Part shown: positions 7,832 through 17,292 of the stretch, piece by piece
Layout: the number at the start of each line of letters is the position of its first letter
How positions within the stretch are numbered: position 1 is the first letter of the stretch
DNA from: Myxococcota bacterium
GTDB lineage: Bacteria; Myxococcota_A; SURF-8
Length of the DNA stretch: 64,000 nt
Direction of reading: 5' to 3'
Assembly: GCA_965140415.1 (NCBI GenBank)
Contig: OZ223209.1
Location: 3,424,001-3,488,000, forward strand
The notes under the pieces: generated by a model
Database searches by the model: none
What the model was told of the DNA's origin: nothing
What the model saw: the letters and a program-made list of their open reading frames with translations, nothing else
Made by a program: the position numbers and the translations under genes

Positions 7832-10800
7832 TTATTCCTGGATCTGCTGTAATTCGGCCAGATATGAGTTCGTCAGAGAGTGCGTTTGAATGCGCTCTGG
7901 TGGAATGGCTTCCATGGCCAGATATTGCATGTGAGCGTTGTGAGTAAAAAATAGAACCTGTGTCTTTAAGGACAAATCCGCAAGAACGCTTAAAGCGGCT
8001 TTCGCCCGCTCATCGTCAAAGTGAATCAGTAGGTCATCCAGAATCAACGGCATGATTACCCCTTGCTCCAATAAGCGCAGCAACGTTGCCAGGCGCAACG
8101 CAAGATACAACTGATCGCGTGTACCATCGCTAATGTCATCGACTAAAACCTGCTGTTCATCCCTGCGAACGCCAACAAGAACCTGCTTGTCCTTCGCATC
8201 GAAATCCGTTCGCAGTGATTGAAACGAATTCTGTGTCAATCGATTGAACAAATCGGAAGCGGTATTCAAAATCGGGTTTTGATTTTCCTCCCGGTAGCGC
8301 TCGATTTCGCTTTGAAGCAGCAATTCCGCCAGTCGCAATTGCTTGTAGCGCCCGGAAAGGGTTTCTATCTGGGCGATGGAAGCCTGCACTTCTGCATGAA
8401 GTTCGGCAGCTTTCGACTCGCCATCCATTGAATCCAACCGGCTCTGCGCCTGCCCGATAGCCTGATTCAATTCGTCACGCTCTTTCGACGTTTCTTCCAG
8501 GCGTTCATGAAGTTCCGAAATAGCAGCCGTGATTTCATCCACATCCACCTGTTCCAATTCCGCGAGGAACTCGTCCAATCCCGTACCGCCACTTAGCAGT
8601 TGCAGTTTTTCGTCGATGCTTTCCAGCTTTCGCCTTAAGTTCAAGGATTGCTCCACCCGTTTTTCAACTTCAGGTAAGTCTTCCTCCGACTTGCAATCCG
8701 CTCGTTTACACAGGTCACTTAAAGTCTGTTGAGCGGCACGCATACCGACTTCAGCTTCTTCCGCTTCCTGCCTCTTTTCGGCCAGTCGGCTTTCCAGTTC
8801 TTTGGTATGTACGACATCCCGACGGGCGTTTTTCAGCTCGTCATTCAAAATCAACAGGAACTGCAAGGGAGACATGTTCCCAATTTCTCTAGCCAGTTTC
8901 TTCGCCAACTGTTCGACCCGATGAATAAATGTTTCAACCTGCTTCTGCATGCCGAGAATGCGGTTGTCCAATTCCCTGATTTTGTCGATATCCTCACAAA
9001 CTCGATCTTGCACATCCAACACGTCTTGAACTTCAGCAGGAGTCAGCTCCGATGTCATTGCAACTTCCTGCAACGCCTTTTCCCATTGCTGTTGCCAATC
9101 CGACAATTCATCCTTAGCCAAAGCAACATGCTGCTCGGCTTGCAGAAATTCCCGGTTCTGTGTTGCCAACTCCTCTGCCAGGGCGACATGCTGTGCTTCT
9201 CGTTGCTGTGCAAGCTCAATTCGCTTGCGGGTTGTACTTAAAAGATCGGTCAGCATAACGCTTTTCGATTCCAGGGGAGAACCGATTTTTCCAAACTGTT
9301 CTAGTAACGATTTGCAATAACCGTCGATCAGTTCCTCTTGCTGCGTTAGATTTTGGCGCGCTTCGCGTATCGCTTTAACATCGGCAGCCAATTTGGATTG
9401 GGCATGTTTCCATGGAATCATTTCGTTGGGAGGCAGCAATCGATCCAGTTTCACATTTTCCCACAACTGCTGCCAGTGCAACATCTGCTCTTCGCGCTCA
9501 TGTGCAATCTGCTGCTGCCGTGCTTCCAGATCGTTCAAGGCTTGCTCCAACTCGGCCTTTCGCAGCAAGCGCTGTTCCTGTTGGGCAATCCGATCCGAAC
9601 TCAACCGAAGATCATCGGCCACACGATCCGCCTGAAGCACCTGAACCTCATAGCTACTTGCCATTTGCGGAGGGTCCAGTTTCTCGGATTCAACATCTTC
9701 TCCCAACCAACAGGCTTTGATCTGCTCCCAGTTCCGATCACGATTCGTGCGGGTGTCCTGCAACTCCTGCAAAGTTGGCAGGCGTCCATCCAGTTTAATC
9801 GCCTCCAACTCTCTGGCAATTCCAGCTAACTCCGACTTGCGTTCGGAAATGGCATTAGTGATCTGCAAGTCGTTATTATCCAGCTTTTCAAATTGATTTC
9901 CAAAACGCTGTAGGCTTTCCAATTCGGGTACGGAAAGTGTTTCAAGATCTTCCAAAGCCCCACTAAACAGCCCAAGCTTTTTTAAATCGATGTGCGCCTG
10001 TTCTACCATCGCATCGACATGTGAACGAGTTGTCTTTAAGGCTTCTAGCAAATCTCCTTTGCTGCGAATGGTTTCCAGCAGTTCCGGTAAATTCCCAACA
10101 TCCAGCCGTTCCGGCAGCGTTTCTTTCTGCTGCTGCAAGCGAGTATGTTTTACCTGGGCTTCCGCCAGCTTGCGTTGAGACTGGCGTAGCGATTCTTGCA
10201 AGGTCGCGCGCCGTTCACCCAGGCTGCGCAGCCTCGTTTTCATCGCGCGACTTACTCGCAGTGTGTCGGCCTGAGTCAGCGTGATGTCCGGTCTCCAGTC
10301 TTTCAGAGCGGAAACCGCCTGCAACTCGAAATGGTTGCGTTGCTGTTCGCGCTTAGGAAGATCCTCCAACGCCCGTTCGATCAGTCCCGATTCGCGCATC
10401 AAGGCATCCACTTCACTCGCCTGTTCCATCAATCCTTCTGGAATCGAGATCGATGCCCGTTGTTTTTCCAAGCGCTCGCATTCCACACGCAGCTTTTCCA
10501 GCAAAGCGGAACACCGGCGATGTTCCTTCTGCGCATCCGACCTGATCGTGCCGAATTCCGAATCCAAACTTGGAACCTCACCCAATCCGGCAAGTAAACC
10601 TAACGTATCTTTTCTTGGTCCTAAAAATGAAAGCGCACCCTGAATTCGCTTGTGATGAGTCAATTCCTTATTGAGTTTCTGAAGCACCTGCTGCATGCCC
10701 TCGGATTTCCGCTTCAAATCGCTCAGTTCTTCATTCATCCGTAGCCAGTCGGCGCCTGACAGGGCGATATCGTTAATTTCTTTTCGCTGCTTTTTCACTT

Positions 10801-11356
10801 GCGATAAAAGCTGATTGATCTTTGGATTCTTTCCACGTTCGGAAAACAACTCATTGGCCTGCTTATGAAAATCGTTCAAGATCTCACGCAGGTTCGAAAG
10901 ACCACTTCCCGCAGCAAAAAGCGTTTCACCTACCTCCCCTTTATCCGCCAGGATCATGCGTCCCCCTTCTCGAAGGCGAACATGATCCAACCCGAACTGC
11001 ATCAAAAAGCTCTGCCGGTCCACGCCAATCAGCATCTCTTCGAGCGACTGTTCAGCGATGAGCTTTTCCGACCAATCCAATAAGGTATTTTTATTTCCTT
11101 TTCTTCTCAAGAATTCTAATTTCTTGTCCCCTAAGCAGACACGCGCTCCTACTCGAAATTTCTTGTACATATGTAGAAAGTCATCCCCCTGGCTGTCAAT
11201 GCCATACAACATCCCAGTTATTGCGCGCAGGGCGGAGCTTTTTCCCGCTTCGTTCAGTCCGAAAATCAAATGAAAACCAGCATCCGTTGTAGAGAAATCC
11301 AGCGTCTGTTCTGTAAACGGTCCAAAGGCTTTCAGGTAGAGCACGTCGAATTTCAT
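7832..11356 (-). CDS. YhaN-like SMC/SbcC-type ATPase with long coiled coil
   Basis: N-terminal AFGPF, Walker A GLNEAGKS, about 900 aa of coiled coil, signature ISDGTRDQLYLALRLA, Walker B LILDD, H-loop FFTHN. Confidence 0.9.
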   Translation of the reverse strand: MKFDVLYLKAFGPFTEQTLDFSTTDAGFHLIFGLNEAGKSSALRAITGMLYGIDSQGDDFLHMYKKFRVGARVCLGDKKLEFLRRKGNKNTLLDWSEKLIAEQSLEEMLIGVDRQSFLMQFGLDHVRLREGGRMILADKGEVGETLFAAGSGLSNLREILNDFHKQANELFSERGKNPKINQLLSQVKKQRKEINDIALSGADWLRMNEELSDLKRKSEGMQQVLQKLNKELTHHKRIQGALSFLGPRKDTLGLLAGLGEVPSLDSEFGTIRSDAQKEHRRCSALLEKLRVECERLEKQRASISIPEGLMEQASEVDALMRESGLIERALEDLPKREQQRNHFELQAVSALKDWRPDITLTQADTLRVSRAMKTRLRSLGERRATLQESLRQSQRKLAEAQVKHTRLQQQKETLPERLDVGNLPELLETIRSKGDLLEALKTTRSHVDAMVEQAHIDLKKLGLFSGALEDLETLSVPELESLQRFGNQFEKLDNNDLQITNAISERKSELAGIARELEAIKLDGRLPTLQELQDTRTNRDRNWEQIKACWLGEDVESEKLDPPQMASSYEVQVLQADRVADDLRLSSDRIAQQEQRLLRKAELEQALNDLEARQQQIAHEREEQMLHWQQLWENVKLDRLLPPNEMIPWKHAQSKLAADVKAIREARQNLTQQEELIDGYCKSLLEQFGKIGSPLESKSVMLTDLLSTTRKRIELAQQREAQHVALAEELATQNREFLQAEQHVALAKDELSDWQQQWEKALQEVAMTSELTPAEVQDVLDVQDRVCEDIDKIRELDNRILGMQKQVETFIHRVEQLAKKLAREIGNMSPLQFLLILNDELKNARRDVVHTKELESRLAEKRQEAEEAEVGMRAAQQTLSDLCKRADCKSEEDLPEVEKRVEQSLNLRRKLESIDEKLQLLSGGTGLDEFLAELEQVDVDEITAAISELHERLEETSKERDELNQAIGQAQSRLDSMDGESKAAELHAEVQASIAQIETLSGRYKQLRLAELLLQSEIERYREENQNPILNTASDLFNRLTQNSFQSLRTDFDAKDKQVLVGVRRDEQQVLVDDISDGTRDQLYLALRLATLLRLLEQGVIMPLILDDLLIHFDDERAKAALSVLADLSLKTQVLFFTHNAHMQYLAMEAIPPERIQTHSLTNSYLAELQQIQE

Positions 11357-12618
11357 TGCGCCCCTCCCGCTTTAAGCAGAGAGGCCATGACCAACTGCCT
11401 GGCCTGTTCGATCAATTCCCGATGCTCGCTTTCTCCATCTTCCGGTTGTTCCAGCCCCTGCGTTTTCAGCATCGGACGAAGCTTGGCATCGATGCCTTGC
11501 ACGGCCTGCTGCACCAAAACATCAAACGCTTCAGGCTCTACTTCCATTTCGTACAATCCCCTGAACAGTTCCCCAAGTGCATCTTCGCGTTGCAGCAGGT
11601 TTTCTTTGCTTAAGGGGAACTCCGTTTCAAAGCGGATTTTCTCTACCCAAACCTGCCCTGCCCCGGCATCCGTTGCTGCGGCTCGGATTTCCGCCATCCA
11701 GTAATCAAAATCGCGTTGGACTTCCGCATGCATTTTCGTTTGACCATGCAAAGTCAACCGAAGAGCCAAAGTCAATTTCGAAAACTTCTTTCGGATTTCT
11801 TCTACCGCATCGATGACAGCAGCAATCAGTTCCCCAGTATCCGTGATGCCTTCGACATCCACCTGTAGGTGTTCCCATTGCAGAACATGCAACGGAATCG
11901 TTTCGAGATGTACCTGGTTTTCATTCACTGTTACCAACATGCATCCTTTTTCTCCGGTTTCCTTGGCATGTCGCCCCTGAATGTTACCAGGAAAGACGAT
12001 CCAAGGTTCTTCGTGAACGACGGAGCCCTGATGAATATGTCCCAACGCCCAGTAGTCATACCCTTTTTCCAACAAATCATTCAGGCTGCAAGGCGCATAG
12101 GCATGATGCCCTTCATATCCGCTCAGGCTGGTATGCAGCAAACCGATGTTAAACAATCCGGGGAGAGCCTGCGGGTAGGCAGAGGCCAGATTTTCCGTAA
12201 CCGCCGCAGTTTTGAAACCCTGCCCATGAATTGCTACCCCAAGCTTGTCTAAAAGGATAGTTTCCGGCTTGTTGACGTTCAAGCGAGTGACATTTTCCGG
12301 CAGTCGCAAATCGGAAACAATGCGCCCTTGGGCATCATGGTTTCCCTGAATCAAGACGACAGGAATCTCCGCCTGTCTGAGACGCGCCATTTCCTTTACG
12401 AAAAACAGACCGGTCTGATAATCCTTCCAATCTCCATCGAAAATATCGCCTGCGATCAATACAAAATCCACCTCATGCTTTATTGCCGAATCGACAAGGT
12501 TAACCAATGCCTGGCGCGGAGCCGATCGAAGTTGATCCACCGGTGCGCCTTCATAGCGCTCCAACCCCAATAACGGGCTATCCAGGTGAATATCGGCAGC
12601 ATGTATGAATCGGAACAT
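11353..12618 (-). CDS. YhaO-like Mre11/SbcD DNA repair exonuclease
   Basis: Metallophosphoesterase motifs ADIHLD, AGDIFD, GNHD, LLHTS, ALGHIH, PGNIQGR; 4-nt overlap with the ATPase gene. Confidence 0.92.
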   Translation of the reverse strand: MFRFIHAADIHLDSPLLGLERYEGAPVDQLRSAPRQALVNLVDSAIKHEVDFVLIAGDIFDGDWKDYQTGLFFVKEMARLRQAEIPVVLIQGNHDAQGRIVSDLRLPENVTRLNVNKPETILLDKLGVAIHGQGFKTAAVTENLASAYPQALPGLFNIGLLHTSLSGYEGHHAYAPCSLNDLLEKGYDYWALGHIHQGSVVHEEPWIVFPGNIQGRHAKETGEKGCMLVTVNENQVHLETIPLHVLQWEHLQVDVEGITDTGELIAAVIDAVEEIRKKFSKLTLALRLTLHGQTKMHAEVQRDFDYWMAEIRAAATDAGAGQVWVEKIRFETEFPLSKENLLQREDALGELFRGLYEMEVEPEAFDVLVQQAVQGIDAKLRPMLKTQGLEQPEDGESEHRELIEQARQLVMASLLKAGGAQ

Positions 12619-12904
12619 TGCATCTCTCCCATAAGTCGCGCAGTTTACATCACTCCAGGTGGAACTGCCATGCCATATACTTCATTGAATTCACAAGCAA
12701 TTTTCATAGTAAACGTAAACACGGCTATAACCATGGAGTTAGACCCCATTCTGCATCTAATTGGAATTGCAAGCAATACGAAACTCGCTGTTTTTTATTC
12801 CCTGCTCATCACAAGCATTTCGCTATTCTTGGAATATTACCCAATGCGAACCTGTTCAAATAAGTATGGGCAATGTAGTCCAACTTAACCATCGGAGGCA
12901 GTAC

Positions 12905-13306
12905 ATGGGACAAGGCTTACGTGTTACGTTTCGTCATGTCGAAGAACCTGAAGATGTTCAATCCTTTATTTATCGGGAGGCCAACAAACTTCGGAAGAAA
13001 TTTGGAGAACCCCTTGCCTTTGAAGTTGTGGTGGATCGACCGCATCGAAGCCGACAGAACGGCAACCGCCACGATGTCCGTATCCGCGCAAAAGCGCCAG
13101 GAAGGAAAACCTTTTTCGCTCGCGGCCGCGAACCCAACAATTACGTGCAAAACGTCTTTGTTGCATTGGAAGATGCATTCAATGCCCTGGAACAAAAGCT
13201 TCGCCATTCCATCAATCCCAGACGGCGAGACAACTTGAAAATGGAAATGCAACCAGAGGCAGAACCATTCTCAGGTATGGACCTGGAAGAAGAAGTCTAT
13301 TACTAA
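12905..13306 (+). CDS. HPF/RaiA family ribosome-associated protein
   Basis: LRVTFRHVE...EVVVDRPHR...VRIRAKAPG...VFVALEDAFNALEQKL fits the S30AE/HPF fold. RBS GGAGG at 12894-12898 supports start 12905. Confidence 0.75.
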   Translation: MGQGLRVTFRHVEEPEDVQSFIYREANKLRKKFGEPLAFEVVVDRPHRSRQNGNRHDVRIRAKAPGRKTFFARGREPNNYVQNVFVALEDAFNALEQKLRHSINPRRRDNLKMEMQPEAEPFSGMDLEEEVYY

Positions 13307-13329
13307 ATCGTACATGCTTTTCTTTTAAA

Positions 13330-13365
13330 ACCCTACAAGACAGACATCATCACGTCTTGTAGGGT
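13330..13365. terminator. Hairpin/terminator between convergent genes
   Basis: 12-bp stem ACCCTACAAGAC / GTCTTGTAGGGT. Confidence 0.6.
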
Positions 13366-13421
13366 CTTGTACGATTTACGCGTTTATCCGTTAATGCGTA
13401 TGATAACGGAACCGCTTTTGT

Positions 13422-14699
13422 CTACTCATCAAACGGCAAACCGGAGGTTTCCAATAGCGCCAGCATCACAGAGCCCAAACCATAAGAAATATCATCTACC
13501 TGGTTGATGGCCGCATAGACTTCGAATGTGCCAGGATTGGTCGGCCCGGAAGTCCCCGTAACCACAGGACGATCCATGGCGTCTCGTGTGATCCTTGCCT
13601 TGATACCTTCCATTGCCTTTTCGATAACAGGCAATACAGTCTCGTCCTGTAACCCATACCGGTAGGCTCTCGCCAAAGCGAATGCGACCAGGGCAGAAGC
13701 GCTGGTTTCCAGGTAGGTTTCGTCGGGACGATTCAAGATTGTCCACCACAAACCGGTTTGTTCATCCTGAACGGCAAGAAACGCATCAACCTGTTTCTCA
13801 ATGGCCGTACGTAGCGTTTCGATATTTTCTCCTCGGTTACGACGCACGCGCAGGTGATCGTAGGTCGCCGCCGTGACCCAGGCATTCCCTCGCGCCCAGA
13901 ACACATTGTCTTCTTGCTCGAAAGACGTCTGATAGGCGTGCTTGTAGAAACCACCCTCTTTTTGTAGTACATCGCTGAAGATTTCAAACTGCTCGACGTA
14001 ATCATCAAGGCTTTCGACTTCACCGGAGTATTCCCCCCACTTCGTCATCACATTACCGAACATGAACAGTGAATCCACCCATAACGTCACACCGAGCGCA
14101 TCGAAGGTTCCCAGGTGATTCAAGCCGCCTTCATCGGTGCGATGCGCCACCTCATCGAGGTAGTAAAATGCATCATCAAGCACCGTGCGATATTTTGCTT
14201 CGTCGAAATCCTGCAACACCGCCAAGGCAACCGCCGCCGGAGCGCAGGTGTCGCTGGTACCGATTAAATAGCCTTCTTCGATGTGGTGATCGATCCAGGC
14301 TTTGTAATAGTCCCGGTAATCGGTATCTCCTGTTATGCGGTACAGTTCCACCAGTCCCAGCATCATCACGGTTTCGCCCCAACTCCAGGCGACACTTTCC
14401 GCAGTATGCAATGCCATCTGTTTTTGTGCGATTTCGATCGCCAACGCGACTTGCGCGCTTTGTGGGTCTCGTTTACTCGCATAACAGTTCGCATCCGGCG
14501 GAGTATCCAGCTCGCAATAGTCGAACGCCTCCTTCCAGACAAGCTCCGTTTCCTGTTCCAACTCTCCATCGATGTCCGAATCGCCATCTGCGGGAGCCTG
14601 GCCTTCCGTATCCGAACCACAGCCAGTCAAGAACGGCAAAGAGCATAAGAACAGTACCAATACAACAACATGCATGGATTTCATCATGAACGTTCGCAT
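13422..14699 (-). CDS. Lipoprotein, glycoside hydrolase family 105/88 (unsaturated uronyl hydrolase, YteR-like)
   Basis: Lipobox-like FLTGC, acidic linker, motifs WSWGE, LWVDSLFM, FWARGNAW, TGLWW, YLETSASA, YGLG. Confidence 0.85.
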   Translation of the reverse strand: MRTFMMKSMHVVVLVLFLCSLPFLTGCGSDTEGQAPADGDSDIDGELEQETELVWKEAFDYCELDTPPDANCYASKRDPQSAQVALAIEIAQKQMALHTAESVAWSWGETVMMLGLVELYRITGDTDYRDYYKAWIDHHIEEGYLIGTSDTCAPAAVALAVLQDFDEAKYRTVLDDAFYYLDEVAHRTDEGGLNHLGTFDALGVTLWVDSLFMFGNVMTKWGEYSGEVESLDDYVEQFEIFSDVLQKEGGFYKHAYQTSFEQEDNVFWARGNAWVTAATYDHLRVRRNRGENIETLRTAIEKQVDAFLAVQDEQTGLWWTILNRPDETYLETSASALVAFALARAYRYGLQDETVLPVIEKAMEGIKARITRDAMDRPVVTGTSGPTNPGTFEVYAAINQVDDISYGLGSVMLALLETSGLPFDE

Positions 14700-14744
14700 T
14701 CTTTTTCCTTTTCAATCGAGTACAGGCACAGCTAACAGGTACAT

Positions 14745-17087
14745 TTATTCAGCGCCAACAGTAACCACATCACCGGTTTCGTTTTCGAACACACTGCTGG
14801 AATTTACTTTCAGGAAACTTCCACGCGCCATAAGCGACATCGATTTGTCACCTGATAGTGTAGTGAATACGAAAGCGGCATCGGTTTCAATGGCACTTCC
14901 ATTACTCAATGTCAATTGCTCGGGCGCATCCGACTGGCGAAGCAGTAACAAGTCTTCACCACCTGCATACGTTACAAGCCAAGCCGTGACACCCGATGCA
15001 ACAGAATCGACGGTCAAAGCCGTAACCGTCAAACGGCCGTCTTCCGCTCCCGCTGTCGCACCAACCCGATAGGGAGCCGCGATTGCCAGAAAACCTGGCG
15101 ATATCGCCGTGATTTCACCATCCATTACACCATGATACTCCACGCCATTGCCGAAACTGTGAACACGCGGGGCATCATCTTCGACATTGGGCGGTTCCGA
15201 AAACGTTAAACCCGGTTCCGTACTTGATAAATAAACGTCAACACCGGCTTGGGTTCGCTCCCAAGTTGCACCGGATGACGTTAAATTATACGTCCCCCCT
15301 GAACTGTACCCGGCATAGCCATGCAAGCGCCAGCGATGCTTTCTAGCCTCCGTTACCGGAGTAACTATCCGATCCACAACAGCCAGATAGCGACCATGCA
15401 GCATCAGCATCGAACGCTCCGTTCGCGACACATCGATATCCTGCCAAGCTTCAACATAGGCGAGATCATCGTATAAGACCTCGTTCTTCAAAAAGGCGTC
15501 CGCTCCTCCGAAATTCAGTAGCAACCCCTTCGGTGGCACTTCCTCCCCTTCAATGGTCAACAGGTTGTGTGCATCTGTCTGTGCTGTAACCGCATTGTTG
15601 GCCTTGTTGGGTTTGTAATAGCCAGGATCAATAAGCAGATACTCCCCATAAGCCGAGAAGGTGAAGGAGCCATCGTCGATGTGGTCATGAATGTCGGTGC
15701 GCACTGCACCATGTTCGGCGGTCAGCATCGCCCAGCGAGCATCCTCATCCCATCCACTACGGAAGATCGCCTGCCCGGCGGTCGGCATAACGCGGTGGGT
15801 CCAAGTTGGGAAAACCGGTTCCATATCCTCGCTTACCCATAGTAAATGCTCCACCTGCAAGTCCATCCCGCCGCCCATGTTCATGTGGTTGTTATACCAA
15901 TCCCACAACAGTTCAGGTCGATTTTGCAATGTGGCCATAATCCCCGATCCATTTTGGTCCATCAGATTGGAATCTTCCATTGGTGGGCGACGCCCATCAG
16001 GCATCCGCAGTGCTAAAAACCAATCTGATGTGTTCTGAAACCGATCGGCGTAAAGTGGGTTTTGGAAAACGAAAGGTTCTCCGTCCGTACACTCATATCC
16101 GGCCCAATGTCCTTCGTCCTGCCGATTGATACAATCACGCAGAAGCGTCCGGCTTTCTCCGATACGATTTTCCCAGGCCAAGAAAAGCGCCAGCGAAGGA
16201 GCATAGGCAAAACGGAAATACAGTGGACCTTCACACACACCGCCATCTTCCGCCACATATTGACCATCCGGTCCCCACAGATAATCCAGTTCGCTAAACG
16301 CCCAGTTCGCCCATTGCTCGGCTTCCGGATATTCCGGGAAAGCCATGGCAACATAGCCAATTGCAACTGCCGTGCGAATGGGGTGATTGTTCTGAGTCAG
16401 GTGAATAGACATGATCCGGTTGATTTCATCGAGAACGTAATCGTGATAGAAGGCGCTTGTGATGGTCGTCAGTTTGTCTTCCACTGCTTGGGCTTCGTCT
16501 TCCGGAATCATGTTGGCTCCACGCAACAGATCCAGAGCATTGCTGTATCCAACCAAGGTTGTCGTAATACGAATGTCGATATCGAAATCGGTGTGGCTCG
16601 CATAGTTATCAGACAGTTTATCCATGAAATCACGAGCTTTTTCCGCCATGTCGACATCGTCAAGCAACCAAGCCAGAAAAGCGGCGGCCTGTGCGACTTG
16701 TGCATTCCTCTGTTCGTTACTGTCGAATGTATCCGGTTCCGGGAAATCATAATGATCTCGCGCCGCATATCCTTGAATCTGCTCCAGAATCTGGCTGTAA
16801 GGTTCCCTGGTGATACGATCCAGCAATCGAGCCTTATCTTCCGGTTTGACCAGCAGACTCGGCGCGAAATCCGGTCGAGGCGGCAGACCGGCAGCAGGCA
16901 GCGTGTCCTGCTCTTCGGAATCCGAGAGTTCCTCCTCTATTCCGTCTCTATCAATATCGCCTGACTCGATTTCAACGGAATCCAGATCGCCGTCGATTTG
17001 TGTATTTTCGCTGTCATCACTGCATCCAATTAGCGAGATCAGCAAGGAGCAGGTTACAAAGAGTATCAGTGCCGTTGATCTAAACAT
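14745..17087 (-). CDS. Lipoprotein, heparinase II/III-like polysaccharide lyase
   Basis: Lipobox LIGC, helical N-domain with NNH and EGPLY, C-domain GQAIFRSGW, HDHIDDGSF, LLIDPGY, AHNLLTI. Confidence 0.8.
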   Translation of the reverse strand: MFRSTALILFVTCSLLISLIGCSDDSENTQIDGDLDSVEIESGDIDRDGIEEELSDSEEQDTLPAAGLPPRPDFAPSLLVKPEDKARLLDRITREPYSQILEQIQGYAARDHYDFPEPDTFDSNEQRNAQVAQAAAFLAWLLDDVDMAEKARDFMDKLSDNYASHTDFDIDIRITTTLVGYSNALDLLRGANMIPEDEAQAVEDKLTTITSAFYHDYVLDEINRIMSIHLTQNNHPIRTAVAIGYVAMAFPEYPEAEQWANWAFSELDYLWGPDGQYVAEDGGVCEGPLYFRFAYAPSLALFLAWENRIGESRTLLRDCINRQDEGHWAGYECTDGEPFVFQNPLYADRFQNTSDWFLALRMPDGRRPPMEDSNLMDQNGSGIMATLQNRPELLWDWYNNHMNMGGGMDLQVEHLLWVSEDMEPVFPTWTHRVMPTAGQAIFRSGWDEDARWAMLTAEHGAVRTDIHDHIDDGSFTFSAYGEYLLIDPGYYKPNKANNAVTAQTDAHNLLTIEGEEVPPKGLLLNFGGADAFLKNEVLYDDLAYVEAWQDIDVSRTERSMLMLHGRYLAVVDRIVTPVTEARKHRWRLHGYAGYSSGGTYNLTSSGATWERTQAGVDVYLSSTEPGLTFSEPPNVEDDAPRVHSFGNGVEYHGVMDGEITAISPGFLAIAAPYRVGATAGAEDGRLTVTALTVDSVASGVTAWLVTYAGGEDLLLLRQSDAPEQLTLSNGSAIETDAAFVFTTLSGDKSMSLMARGSFLKVNSSSVFENETGDVVTVGAE

Positions 17088-17292
17088 GTCACCACCAGTT
17101 GTTAAGAGATAAAAATCCTGTGTCGCTCAACCCATTTTGTATTAATCGCGAGTATTATAGCAAACCATATGGAAATTTCCAGGCAATCATAGAACGTATG
17201 CACAAAGTGAACGAAATAATTATTGAATATTCGACGCAATGCGGCATAATGGCTTCGTTCTTTTCATAAACCCAAGTGAAGGCGGTAGAGTC

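Noticed and set aside
7832-12618. Wadjet or Lamassu defence system
   Set aside because: No JetA/JetB/JetD or LmuA-type effector is adjacent; the partner is an Mre11-type nuclease, as in YhaO/YhaN.
16062-16964. 300-aa plus-strand ORF
   Set aside because: It is the antisense shadow of the lyase gene and has no recognisable motifs.
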